From: Antedon mediterranea
Taxonomy: Eukaryota; Animalia; Echinodermata
Assembly: GCF_964355755.1 (NCBI RefSeq)
Contig: NC_092680.1
Location: 17,493,045-17,557,044 of the forward strand
Length of the DNA stretch: 64,000 nucleotides
Direction: 5' to 3'
Every line of letters begins with the position of its first letter. The stretch's first letter is position 1. A program made the translations under genes and the position numbers. Shown piece after piece: positions 25,300 through 38,908 of the stretch. The notes under the pieces were generated by a model. It searched no databases. It was not told where the DNA came from and worked only from the letters and a program-made list of their open reading frames with translations.

Positions 25300-25915
25300 T
25301 GAGCAACTCCTAAAGTTTTTTCGGCCAATTCTGGCATTGAAACTTGTGGAAAATGGCGCTACCAATTTTAAATGGGCGCTAAATTACTTTCATTTACGTT
25401 GTATCAATGTTGATGCGTTCGATAAAGCCATAAAGTAAGATTCTTAGCCAAAAGTAATTTGTATACTTTTAAATATTATCTTAACACTTTATTTTATATA
25501 TTTTTATAATTCTTATTTCTTTACAGTAGATTTATATGTTTGTAAAATATACCGTACTGAAATAGAATGTTAGTAGTGGAAGAACGAATGCTGCTCGATA
25601 GATTATTTTATGTCCAACTCCTAACATTTTTTCGGCCAATTCTGGCATTGGAACTTGTGGAAAAGGGCGCTACCAATTTTGAATGGGCGTTAAACTACTT
25701 TCATTTACGTTGTATCAATGTCGATGCGTTCGATAAAAGCCATAAAGTAAGATTCTTAGCCAAATGTAATTTGTATAATTTTAAATATTATCTTAACACT
25801 TTTTATTTTTATAATTCTTATTTCTTTACAGTAGATTTATTATTATTATGTTTGTAAAATATACCGTATTGAAATAGAATGTTAGTGGTGGAAGAACGAA
25901 TGCTGCGCGATAGAT
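25300..25915 (+). repeat. ~310-bp direct tandem duplication
   Basis: CAACTCCTAA..TTTTTCGGCCAATTCTGGCATTG...GTGGAAGAACGAATGCTGC occurs twice. Confidence 0.85.
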
Positions 25916-28789
25916 TATTTTTATTTCCAACGTGCCTACTGAAATGTTGGAGGATGTAGTAAATATAATGGCCTACGTTATGTGTAGGAGATATATTCTC
26001 AAAGGCCATCCCTGATTCCACACGGTGGTATTAAGGAAAAAGATTGATGAAATGGAGGGAGGAAATGGAGGAAGAAAAATAGGAGCAAGCTTTAGACTAT
26101 CATCCGTCATAACCTCCTACCTATGTATAGTCTATGCTGATATGCAATGTTGAATCAAAAACAAAGGAATGAGAGAGAGAGAGAGATGCAATTTACAAAA
26201 AAAGGCCAAACGAAAACAATTCTGTAGTTTCAAAAAAACAAGCGAAAAAACTTCGCCTACTACAACAGAACGAACAAAAAAGAACGCGATTCAGCAGGCA
26301 ATTAGGAAAGCACTGATTTGTTGGAATACACACACATTTTTGTAGTTTTATATTTTGGTGAAATTAAATACTTAAAGAATACAGCATGTCCGTATTCCTT
26401 TCATTAGCATGTCGATGATCAGCACAGATCAAGTGATCAACACGCGTCAACAACAGAAGCCTAGGAACGGATATTCCGATTACATTCCCTTTTTTTTTAT
26501 TAAGAACAGCTAAAGTTGAGAGTATGTAGAAATTTGGGAACATGAATGGAAAGAGATTAAACGGTCCCTAACCCTCTTTAACGACAGGAGATACTTGATG
26601 TACCTTACATTCATCCTAAACTTAACCCAAGAGACGCATTCTTTGGTGGAAGAACGAATGCTGCGCGACTATTCTATGAGGCTAAAGAAAATGAAGAAAT
26701 TTATTTCCCAGGATAATTTACATTCTGTGATATTCAGCGGTGAACATAGAGAAAAACAAATATATGTATCACCAGGGAGTTGTTATTAACTAAAATTATT
26801 TTCGAATTATGTTTCAAGGTATACGATAATAAGTATTTTTATTTATTTATTTATCATGCACGAAACGGAGGTGAAAACCAGTTTGGTAATTTTGTTACGG
26901 AACTAAATATATAGCTAACATTATGTTTTATATATACCTATTGAAACATTGGATGATTTCGATGATAGTAAAAATCATTTGGTAATCAAACTATCAAATA
27001 TTTTTAATCAAAGGAAAAGCGTTAGATACGATAGAATTAAGACATATAAAATGATACAATATTTTATATCTGGGGCCTAAAGTCTAAAATAAGACAGTTT
27101 AAAAAAATAATTAAAATATATACATTTATCCAGACAGTGATTAGAGGGCATGACAATTGATAATAAGTAAGTTAAGTTGAACTATAATGTAGGCATACTT
27201 ACCCTCCCTTACCCCTTACTATTGGATTTCTTGTACACGACATCATGGTTACAGCAGGCAGCAAAAACGTCTGGTAGGTCAACCACAATCATTCCGTCTA
27301 CGATGAAAAGCAAAGCAAAAATGAATCGAAACATTGCCACCTTCGGTTTTTATTACAAATAATTGCATTTTACTGCGTCCCTTTGTTATAATAGGCGGAT
27401 GCACTTTTTAATCGGATAAGGGCGGTTCGGCTTTATATGAATTGAACAAGTCATTCATAAGATAGCGTCACTACTTATACTGGTACAAGAACAAAACAAA
27501 ATTATAAGTACTTTCCTTATTACGTCATTCAAATAATTGGCACAACAATGGAGGGACGATTTCAACAACCGAGCGAATATGCTTTATGGGCGAAACATTG
27601 TTTCGTACAAAATTACTCACAGGCATACTAAATTGTTCTGTATACTGGCATATCAACAATGTGTAGGCCTAACTGCTTTAAACTATGGATATTTGAGTCG
27701 TTGTCGTCGAAAATGAAACATTTTTAGTTGATAAGTATAGGCCTACGATTACGTTAGAAACAACCTCGATTCTAACAAAACTTCAGCATACTACTACAAT
27801 TAGCTATCATTTTGATTGATGTAAAACTTACTATTAATGTATCAACCAAAAGCACATCGTGCTGCGCAATATGTCTGTTACACACCCCCCGAGCATTACA
27901 TCAACATGAGAACAGAACAACAGATCGTCTACCTGCATAATTCCAAGCACCTGCCTCCTCAAGTGAAGGAATATGCAAATTAGCATATTTGTAAGGGTGG
28001 CGTAGTACTATCGTGGACAGTAATGGAGATTTTGCAAACAATTTCGAAACACTTGGAGATATAACTCCATATATTAACATACGTAATAAAAACAATCAAA
28101 GAAAATAATGAACTGACTGTCCTAATTGTAAGTAAGTAAAGCCCACGAACGCAAATTAGCCAGCAGCATTCAATAATGATTTTACACTGAAATGCTATGT
28201 AGATTATTATATGGTGTAGCGGTAGGAAGCCGTGGATTGTTAACAAAAAAAATCTTCATTCGCTCGATACACTAGTTTTCAAGCTGTGTTTTGTGTAAAA
28301 AATAAAACGAAGGGAATAAAAAAAATAACTAAGCGAAACGGCATTGTAGATATATACCATATAGAATACCCGCTTTAAACCGACGTGGGAAAATTGTTCC
28401 CTAATATTTAATGTAATTTTGTAGCTGTATTTTTTTTTTTAACAATCTGAATTGTATGCCTGATGTATTTCCTATACTATTTTTGCCTTTTTATTTTAAG
28501 TATTTTATTTTTGTTGTGCCTCCGCATATGGGATGTTTGTTACATTTTATGTTTTTTTTAAATTTTAAATAAAGGATGATTTTATATAATTATTTGACAG
28601 TTTGCTTTGGAGATGAGCTTTTTGGGTTTCGCCGCTCTTACTTATAATCACAAACTTTGTACATTGAAAAGAAAAGAGAAATAAATGTTATAATAATAAT
28701 AATAAAAATAATATATTCACATTTGCGAGCATCTCGTTTTTATTCATTTATTGTAGACCATATCTCTATTACTAACCTTAACTTATTTA

Positions 28790-29250
28790 ATATGTCCTGG
28801 TTAGCTATGTTGAACTTATACAAAGCTCTATTACTTCCAGTGGTTACCTACTGTTGTTCAATGTGGGCACCATTTGAGAAATCATATATTAATAGAATAG
28901 AAAGTATACAAAGGAAAGCAACAAGGATAATAATGTTTAGAAAGGAAGGTTCCTGTGACACATCTTATTTTCATAGGTTGAAAGTGCTTGAATTATTATC
29001 TATTGATGACTTGTTTAAATTACATAGACTTTCATTAGGATTTAAAGGTTACTGTCCCCATTCTTTCAATGAGTATATTAAAACTAGTGAAAGATGTCCG
29101 GGTAGGCTTTTACGTTGGAATTCGAAAGGCAATACTTTTCATAATTCTGTATTTGTTTCCTTTCCTAGACTATGAGAGCAAATACCAAATGACATAAAAG
29201 ATTCACAAACAATTTCAATATTTAAGGCTGCTCTAACAAAACACTATATT
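28790..29250 (+). mobile_element. Non-LTR retrotransposon (CR1/L2-like) 3' RT fragment
   Basis: LYKALLLPVVTYCCSMWAP...IESIQRKATRII...SFPRL*EQIPNDIK...FKAAL. Confidence 0.8.
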
Positions 29251-30340
29251 TCATGTTATGTATAATTTATTTGTATTTTTCTTGTATATGGTTTTATCTT
29301 TAACTGATTGTATTGTATGGAGTGAGTGCAGAATCTGTTTGGGATTTAGCCTATTCTCATTCCTGGTTATTTTTACATTGATGACCGAATAAATATTATT
29401 ATTATTATTATTAAGTTGAGTCGGGGGATGAGGTAGCAAACAATGCATAGAAATCAAGCTAGAATAGAATTTCGCAAAAATAGAAAATGGAACCTAATCA
29501 TTTGCTCTCAATTATTTGAATATGATTTCAGGTATATATATTTGTACCATTTGAAGTGTTGATTGTTCTAATTGTTATAATAGATGTATAAAACATCATT
29601 ATATTTAGTACATATTTTACTGAAATATAAATTTAGTTTGCTCTACTTTATAATTTTGTTTTTAATATAATATTAATTTTATCGAAAATGTTAATTATCA
29701 TTTCTTAGTAGTACGCCCTCTAAATAAAACGTCTTCAAAACTTTTTTATTTATTGAGAGAGAGAGAGAGGGAGGCATCTTTTTGGCCATGGCGGCAGGTC
29801 GTGGGCAGTGTGCGGTGGAAAGAAAAACAGTTTTCTGGGCCTAGGCTAGGCCTATAATTATTTTAAGGAGGATTCTAGTATTTAAACTCCCATATACTCG
29901 GCTACTATTGATAACCTAGCATATAGATAGGGTTTATTTATTAATACCAATAACAACCATGGAGTAGTCCTAGGCTAGTACTAGCCTAGATTCATTAATA
30001 TGGCGGCCAGGCAGGGCTAGCAGACTAGCGCCCTGCCTTGCTCGACATATAAACAAGTGAGCCTGCCATAGGTAGGCCTAGCCCTAAACAAATTTATCTA
30101 CTAGGCCTAGGGAGGGCTAGGCCTATCTATACCATCTTTTAAAAAACAATGTCATGACTCAGTCTTTGGTTGATTTTGAAATTTCTTTACAATAATGATG
30201 AATTCTTTTTTTATAAATAACATAGGGCCTAGAACTAGAATTATTTCATCGATTTAAACACAGATTGACCATGTGTTGCGGGTTTATGAATGTAGACTAC
30301 TGACTGTTAAATCTAATTCCAATACTACTACTCATTATTA

Positions 30341-33300
30341 ATGTATATGCCATTACAAGAAACAACTACTAGTAAAGGAATAATACCAACAATGCTACCA
30401 TTTATGAAGTAAGAATATAAATTAGAATTCTTTATTCAAACTATTTTTAATTTTTGGTAGAGGTTTTGTAATCAGAATTAAACTTTTTAAAATTAACTGG
30501 TAGTAGTACAAATAATGTTATATCAAACAATTGCCTCTTCTATTTGATACTGGAGTTTATAACACATCTATGTTGATTGTTCTAAAGTAAAATTAATCCA
30601 TGCATAATTGTACTAATGTTATAGTAACTGACTTATTGTTTTTTTTTATTAAATTATTCATTCAAATTTTATACTATTATTATTAGATCATCGTCAACAG
30701 TATCCAGAGAAGATGATAAAAGTGAAGAGAACCAGAAGGGTCCTACAGATCTCAATTCATTCTGGTAATTTGGATTATTGTATATACTATGACAAATCAG
30801 AATATATTTTCCTTTATTTAAAACAAATCATTTTGAACAATGTAATTATTATATACGGGGAACAAAATAAATAAACCCTTTCCTAAATTAGCATTGATTA
30901 AATGAATGAATATTTATTCTCTTAGGAATGATGACTTGTCTATACCAATGTACCACACTGAAAATGGTACAGGCATGGTATGTATAAAATTCTTATCATA
31001 TTCAAACCATACCAACAGTTTTTACAACAACTGAATATCAGCTGATCTGTGGGTTCAGTTGGAAGGGTTAATCTCTCTAAAGTAAAGTTGAAATAAATAA
31101 ATAATCTACTGATTATTTTTGGTTATCCGCACTTGGGGGATAACCCCTTGTTATTGTCAGGATTTTCTTTTTCTATCTTCTTCTTTCTTTCCACAAATTT
31201 TGTTGCGCGTGTATCTCTAAATCTTCTCAACATAACATTGTATAACTTTATCAGAAGATTGACCTCTATCTGAAGATGTCATAATAAGGTTTTCGGTGCT
31301 GCACAAGTTACGAAGCGCAACAAACACGTGATTATACAATTTAAAAAAAATTTATCTTAAATTCAGAACCAAAAGAAATTTGTTATTGAAACTTAAGAGA
31401 ATGATAATTTATATCGAGGGTCAAATTTCTATAGAGTAAAAAAGTGCGCCATCCATATTCTACGTAAAGTGATGAGTTCAAATCTAGTTTTGTTCTTAGA
31501 TTTCTGTAAAAAAAGAAAGAACATTTGGAAGTCCATTACAACTATCTCCACTTTCTGATAGTGGCTTGAAGAGATACCTTATTCATCCAAGTATGCTTAG
31601 AAAAAGCAAAGCAAAAAAAGAGAAAAAACAAAGGAAACTGAGGTTTAATATTGATGAACATTTAGCCCAGTTAAGAAGAAAACAGACAGGGTTTAATGAC
31701 AGGTTAGAAAACAAAAAACATTGTATTACTGTATGTCATTCCTCAAGAAGATCTCAACCTGTTGTACGTCACAAAATATAGGTACAAAATATAAGTCAAG
31801 CAACAATGTAACTTAAAGATGTATTTTCCCCAAAAACATTTTTTTTCGACCCAATTTTTGGTCAAAGTGACATTAAAAATGGCATATTTAACAAAAAATG
31901 TTTAGTGAATTATTTTTTCAGGGGACAATACATCTTTAAGCCAGGGAGTTGCTAATTACCAACACCCAACATTGTCAGCCCCTCCCACTTTAACAATGGT
32001 ACAGTCCATAACAGGTGGTTAGTGTCTGGGTGGCTAATGTCTGATTTTCAGAATGTGAATGCATCATTTGAATCAAATGCAGTGACGTAACGGCTATGAG
32101 CACTCACTGGCTAAACCCAGGGGCACCCGGAGCTTACGAGGCCCTTGAGCAGTGCCTAGAGTTGGAGGGCCACTTTAGGGTTCCTAAACCAGGGGCCTCC
32201 GGTCTCTACGTTACGCCACTGGTCCAATGTATGGTTTTAAGGGAATTTAAAAATAATAAAATTTATGTAAATATTTATTTAGTACTGTACCACGCTCTAG
32301 AACGTTATACAAAGAGAAAAGTGTCACAGTAAAGCGAGAGGACATACAGCCAAGAAGCGTACTACCCACTGAAATAAAATATAATCCTTGTACAGGCACT
32401 GAGTGGGATAATGGCTATAATCAGGTAGGCATTGGAATCTAGTATGAGATTTAGAACTATAACCTGCCTAAAGGGTCTTTCACACCTGTTTCGGTACAGT
32501 TGTGGTCTGGCGCTGTCAGTGTTTCGTTATTACGCGGCTATGCGCCAATCAATATGCGCATGCGAGCGTGGATCGTCGTGAAAACGAAACATTGGCGTTC
32601 GATTCGCCGTACCGGAACAGTTGTGAAAGACCCTTCAAAACAAAAATTAAAACATCACAACACAAACACTTTTCTTTTTTTTCCTGAACTTGCTTGTTGT
32701 TTGTGACCCTCTATTAAGGAATAATTACACTACTTTTTAATGTGAAAATATCCTATATTGTAGTCTATATTTTTAAAAAGAAACATTTTTTATCAGTTAA
32801 TTAAGTTGTAACATGCATACATAATTTTATTCTATTATTTTGGCAAGCAAACAAAAACAGAGATAGCTTTAATTGTGCCAAGGCATGTAACTCCAACAAT
32901 AAAGCCAGATAAATGAATTACATTAAAACATTTATCAATCAATCAATTTCTTTTATTTCATCCCTATAAAGAAACGTACAAACAAAAAAAGAAAATTCGC
33001 AAAAAAAAAAAAAAAATATATAGTTATAGTTTAAAATAATTATTAATTGTGTGTCCAACTAAACTAAATTGATTTATTTATTTATCTATTTGACAAAATA
33101 GTATGATATAATAACTATTAAGTACAATTCACCCTTATCAATAGTATACAGAAACAAGTTGACAACATCTGACCAATCGTATGGCAGAATTGTTATATAC
33201 TGTACGCTGGCATTAATATTTTTGTTTAAGTCTAATCATGCAATAATGTAATTTTTGAAAATTTTTACAGCCATTTGTGAATGCAAGCAGTGGACCAATA

Positions 33301-33846
33301 TGGAATGATGATAAAAGTGACTTTAAATTTGGTAAGATGCTCTTAGAATAAGAGATATTAATTTATTGGTCATGATAACCCATGATCACGGTTAACTTTG
33401 GTAGCTCAGTGCACTTTATAAATTATTATTTTACTAATACCAAAAGGGCCGGCATTTTTTTAATCAAGAGTGAGATTTAAAAATCCATTTGAAAATGTTG
33501 TTTCTCTAGATGTAATTTATCCAAATAAATTATTATAGTAATTTTCTTTTTTGCGAATGATACAAATTTAACTCGTGGAAGCATATTAATAGAGGCCTAA
33601 TTTTTGGGAATTGTTTTTACACTAGTATAATTTTGCATTTTAGATAAAAATTATAATATTTTATTGTGTTTTTTAGATCCTACTGATGATATTTCAAATC
33701 CGTTTTTGACGAAACCAAGAATGATGTATCCCATTGAATTGAGGAATGATTACACGGTTAAAGAAAAAAAAACTGCTGGTGGTAATATGGTGATGAAGAC
33801 ATTACTGACACAACAAACAACATTTAGATTGGGAATTGAAGAATAG
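30341..33846 (+). CDS. Unidentified 5-exon gene, ~142 aa (exons 30341-30408, 30687-30764, 30926-30977, 33271-33331, 33677-33846)
   Basis: All four introns are GT-AG and the phases (2,2,0,1) join into an open frame MYMPLQETT...LNSFWNDDLSIP...PIWNDDKSDFKFDPTDDISNPFL...TTFRLGIEE*. First exon least certain. Confidence 0.6.
31817..31935. mobile_element. TTAA-flanked MITE (Kolobok/piggyBac-type TSD)
   Basis: TTAA-AGATGTATT(T)TCCCC...GGGGACAATACATCT-TTAA. Confidence 0.7.
32080..32221. mobile_element. hAT-like MITE
   Basis: TIRs CAGTGACGTAAC / GTTACGCCACTG; imperfect 8-bp flanks ATCAAATG/GTCCAATG. Confidence 0.6.
32472..32634. mobile_element. PIF/Harbinger-like MITE
   Basis: TIRs AGGGTCTTTCACA.CTGTT.CGGTAC and its reverse complement; TAA/TCA flanks. 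Confidence 0.7.
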
Positions 33847-34535
33847 CTTCAAACCTATTACTTTTTACCCTCATATCATTCACATATTATTTCAAATATA
33901 TTTAATCTAAAAATAAATTGTTCATATTAAAGTTGGTCTATCATCAAACATATGACAAATAAAAATTAGGTGTAAATTTAGTGGTACTGTACTAGAGCAA
34001 TTTTCCTGGTAATTTAATTTTAATTAATTAACATTTTTGTTAATTCAAGAAAATGTTATGTTGTCTGAACGAAAATGAATCTTTAAGGTATTAAAAAAAA
34101 TAAGGTATTATTTAAAAACACTATACGGTAATAGAAAAAAATTTAGTTTAATAAAAAATTGTGCAATATAGTTTTTAGTTGATTTTAGTGCAATATAGTA
34201 GATATAATAATATTTTGTAATCATCAATGTACCATACTAATGTGGAAAATAAACATTTTTGTTGTTTGTTATTTATATATTCATATTATTAACAGCAGAA
34301 AGAAATTTTTAAATGTTCCGCAAACTCGGGCACAAACTCACACATTTCATTTACCTCCGCCAAGGAGATATATAATCAATCGCGTGTGTCTGTTAGTTTA
34401 AAAAGTTATTGCACGATATTTAAGGTAGGGGACACCCCTCCCCCAATGACTAGGCCCTACCCTAGGCCTATTTATTTTATTATTTAATAATAATATTATT
34501 AATATTATTGAATTTGAAAGAAGGGTTCTACACCC

Positions 34536-36877
34536 CCAGATACCTACCAGCCAGAACAACAAATCCACCAGAACAGAGAGCAGCCTCCTGCTTCGAAATG
34601 ATTATTGGTATACAAATTTCAAAGCTACTTAGTATACTTAGTCCACGAGGTGGACTAGGCTAGTAGCTTAGGCCTACGTGGCGCTTACGATCTTTGGCCT
34701 AGAAGATTCTTTCAGAAACTGACCTCTCCGAGACTGATAACATTTTCTCGCCGTCGCAATTACAGAATCGAATGCGTTTCATCATCATAATTGTAACGAA
34801 ACGAACGCGTTCATCCGTTCTTTTGTGTAAAATTTAGTGGTCAACTGCGAGGCGCTACCGATGCATTTATTTCAAAATAAATAACGCTTTTGTTGCTCTC
34901 ACAGTATTTATTTGGTCAAATAAAATCAGAAATTCTTTTTTGTACACTAATGCAACTATGTTCACAAAGTTTTTTTTTTTTTTGTATTAAAAATTTATTT
35001 ATTTTATTTTATACAGTTGACAACCAACAGCGATGAAACCGCCATTAACAGATTAATCTAAACATATTAAACTATAATAATACATTCAAATAAGCACCAA
35101 TAACATCAACAAAGATCGGAAATGTATCTTTGATATTCTTTTCTATATTGGTTAAAACCATATAGGCCTAGTTGGCTACGGTAATTCCGTCAATCGGACA
35201 CGCCCTTCGGTCAGTGGTGGCCCTATTCAAATTATTGTTCTGAAAGTCGATTATTTATAATTTGTTGAAAATTTGTTAGGCTTTCGTCGTATGTTAAAAA
35301 AGGTGTAAAATCATTAGGGATGTGGCAAGAAAATAAAGTTTTAACTTGATATTACCAGAGAGTTTATTTTACAACTCCCTGATATTACCGTGTATTTATA
35401 TACGGTAGCATGCAATGCTATGTCTACGCCATGTGGAGAAAAATGTACGAAGACATCTTCAAACAATTGGTACAAAAAATACATCAATCGATTGCGCGAT
35501 TTCTTTCTTTTTTCATGTTTTTACCATGTTTCGTATTGCAAAAACGGTAACGATAACAAATAACACATACTAAAAATACTAAACGTGGAAGTTCATCAAT
35601 ACAAACGGTGTAAAATGGCTTGTTGGGTTCACGATCCTTTATCTTGTCAATCAGGTCGGCTACTTTTAATGTTTTCCAGTCAGTTGCTAATTTTAATATA
35701 TTGTAAATGCTCTCGCAAGAATGTTTCTTCCAATCAAACGGCAACCATGTGTTTAATTTCTGCAGCAAAATAGGGTATTTTAACAAAATCATGATTTTCT
35801 TTCATGATTCTTTCCTTTAGTAACATCGACAGTTTTTGAAAGTCATGTTTGTCTTCACATCCAATTAAAACCTTGATTTGCAAAAATAGCCTTCATTAAT
35901 GTTTTGCGTCATTTTCTTTTGTACCAATTTTTAAAGATATCTTTGTCTTTGAACATTTTGTTCCAGATGGCGTATAGGCCTACAGAGAATTTGAGATAAT
36001 GACGGGATGTAAGCTGAAAACACTTGACTAAAATCACAATTAACACAATCATTTTTATTCATTTTGTTATTGTATGTTATGGTGTAATAATTATTATTAT
36101 TGCTAATTACTTGTTATATATAAAATACACGGTAATATCAAGTCAAAACGTCTGTTTTTATTTTATTTTGCCACATGCCGGCCCTACTATATAATGATTC
36201 TACTCTCTGTACTGTATTTAACATAATGAATCCTCACGAATTTTAATGTTTATCGACTTTCGGAAGAATAATTACGTGAAAATCGAAAATGATAATATTT
36301 GGATTGTGTCTGAATAAATACGTACAATTTTAGATGATCAAAAAGACAAACGCATTATAAACATAATATGCCTACCATCACTGACAGAAGGGCGTGTCGG
36401 ATTACTGAAATGACCGTAGGCCTACTAGCCAATTCTATGGTTTCATTAAAAATCAAAACAAATTGTGTGAACTTGATTGTAAGGCTTATTTATTATTATG
36501 TTATAGTGTACAGAAAAGAATTTCTGATTTTATTTGACCAAATAAATTCTGTGAGAGCAGTTGAGTGAGTAACACAAAGCAGGTTAGTAAAATGTTATAG
36601 TGCACAGAAAAGAATTTATTTGACCAAATAAATGCATCGGTAGCGCCTCACAGTTGACCACTGAATAAAGATAAAGACACGGATGAACGCGTTCGTTTCG
36701 TTACTATTATGATGATCAAACGCATTCGATTCTGGAATTGCGACGGCGAGAAATTCACCTTTAACTTAAATTTTATCAGTTTCTGAGCTTTGAAATTTGT
36801 AATATACTGTTAAAAATCAATTGCAAGCAGGTGGCTGCTCTCTGGTGATAGGATTTGTTGCTCTGGTAGGTATCTGG
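34536..36877 (-). mobile_element. Foldback/MULE-like element: ~0.95-kb imperfect inverted arms around a transposase remnant
   Basis: Arm blocks 34538-34626/36785-36875, 34745-34870/36625-36752, 35161-35220/36370-36430 and 35425-35480/35915-35975 are reverse complements. The central minus ORF has W...CESIYNILKLATDWK..KVADLIDKI, like the MULE catalytic-Glu region. Confidence 0.7.
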
Positions 36878-36914
36878 CCGTTTTTAGCAAGACCGAAAAT
36901 GAATGCATCACGGC

Positions 36915-38908
36915 CATGCATTCCGCGGGACGATTCGGCCCTGAGTTGAGACGATTCGGCCCGGGACGGGACCGTTCGGCCCAGGACCATTCGGCCCGGG
37001 ACCATTCGACCCGGGACAATTCGGCCCTGAGACGATTCGACACATTTAAATTTATCGGCTTTGATATGTATTTTATAAACCTTTTCCCCCCAAACGTTAT
37101 TTTCAGTATTTTTGGTCTAAAGTGAGAATTTTCGGCAGGAAGTTGTACGTCAACTCCCTGGCCTGGTTTCGGCCCACACAAAGTCAAAGGAATACCGTCG
37201 TGTTCGGCCGCCAACGAGTTCGGCCGCATGTATTTAGTATGGAACGCCAGGCTTGCTTGCATTGTTTATATTAAATGCATTGTTTAGATTGGCGATCTCC
37301 GTGGCTTATTCCATTCAAAAAATAGGGGTGCATTGCTTTACCGATTTTTCTCTACATTTGTATTATTGTATATAATATTACGATTTCTTTTCAGATACGG
37401 TTAGAGAAAAATGAAAATTATTTTATTATATACAATCTTAACACATCACATTTATTATCAATTCTTGTATTTTTATTTAGACACGTTATAAGTTTGAGAA
37501 TTTACAAACGAATTAACTTAACTACCATATTTTATAAATAAACATATAATATAACATTTATATTTATAATTGTTTTTTTCATTAACCACTAGCATGCATT
37601 AAAATTGACTTTATTACTAGTAATAACATGTTATATTACAAAACTACTTAACTAATAAGTAATATAGTTTGCAAATAGTTTAAAATGTAACAATGAAACA
37701 ATATCTTTTTTAATTTATATTACTAACATACGATTTTTACTAATATCTTACTACTTTACATACATTAAAATTGACTTTATTTCTAGCAATAACATGTTAT
37801 ATTACAAAAGTTCTTAACTAACGTATTTTGCAAATAGTTTAAAATTATATTTAATGTTTATTACTAACATAAGATTTTTTACTAATTTTTTAACTAATTT
37901 AACTAACATACATACAATAGCACTATTCAACGCGAGCATTGCGAGTGATATGCAGCTACAGTATGGGATCCCCATCAATCACAACTTATAAACAAGCTTG
38001 AAATGGTACAACGAAGAGCTGCAAGATTTGCAACATCCGATTACAGAAGAACATCAAGTGTCACATCCATGCTACACACACTACACTGGCCAACTCTTCA
38101 ACAACGTAGGAAAAAGAAAAGATTAATGTTACTAAAACGAGCTATTAATGGGGAGATAGCCATTGACATCCCATCATATGTTAAGAAACCATCACGTCAA
38201 CAACGAAATACGAACTTGCATTATAGTGCTGAAATCAGCGATGTCCAGTTATTATTCTGAAGATTCATAGGCTTAGGCCCTATTTAAGCATTGTTGATAA
38301 TATACAATATTATTAGACATACAGGCCTATATAAACATAGTTTTAAAATACTTAATGTATTATTACCTGATTTAATGGTCATTTCTGTTTTCATTAGAAC
38401 ACATTACAATAGGCCTATATAACCAGAGTTTTAAAATACTTAATGTAATATTAACTGATTTAATGGTCATTTCTGTTTTTATTAGAACACATTAGGCCTG
38501 CAAGAGTAAATGTACAAGACACAAGTACAAGTTTATTGCCCGTTTAAGATTATTATTATAATAATAAACGTATATCTAAATCATTTAAAATAGATTCAAA
38601 TATATCCACACCACAGCATTCTAAATAATACTTATATCACAGAAAGTAATATGATAATACGCCGTACATTTTATGTCGGTCAATTTCGATCGATCACGTT
38701 AGAATGCACCCACATTTTTAGAATGGAATAACCCAATGAAAAGACCAGCAGAACAAACGGAAGTTGATGCATCGTTGGCGCTCCATACATAGCGCCTTAT
38801 ATGGGCATTCAAAACATTGCGGCCGAAACCGTTTGCGGCCGAACACGATGTACACCAAGTCAAAGGTGGGACGTTTCGGCCCACCAAAAATGGGCCGAAT
38901 CACACTGA
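36915..38908. mobile_element. Probable non-autonomous DNA transposon with subterminal TTCGGCC/GGCCGAA repeats
   Basis: Clusters of ~16-bp GAC(G/C)ATTCGGCCC repeats at the left end and inverted GGCCGAA motifs at the right end; termini not resolved. Confidence 0.45.
37948..38260 (+). mobile_element. LINE RT 3' fragment
   Basis: YAATVWDPHQ..INKLEMVQRRAARF..SDYRRTSSVTSMLHTLHWPTLQQRR. Confidence 0.85.

Larger units (their letters stand above)
3860..26790 (+). mobile_element. Degenerate, rearranged Polinton/Maverick/adintovirus-like region (pPolB and accessory ORF fragments, multiple copies)
   Basis: pPolB motifs, all on +: FFDFEC (ExoI; ~10250, ~13150), HNFQGYD (ExoII; ~10476), FIDSLSFLPMPL..LPKTFG..KKGYFPH (~10600-10700), YCASDVDIL (ExoIII; ~13537), FEFQGCLFHGCP (~13900), PKNLYHPVLP (~14120), GTWVT..KAVKMGY (~19435), LAKL.LNS.SGMFGQ (motif B; ~21490), YYDTDS (motif C; ~21779), CKVKGFTLN (~21948), PRDAFFGGRTNA (~26625). 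No TIRs, capsid, packaging ATPase, protease or RVE integrase recognised; boundaries approximate. Confidence 0.85.

Noticed and set aside
27680-28130. Possible exon ending in a GTAAGT donor
   Set aside because: Stops in the frames examined and no recognisable domain
36810-37262. GC-rich ORFs on both strands
   Set aside because: Derived from subterminal TTCGGCCC repeats of a transposon; no protein motif
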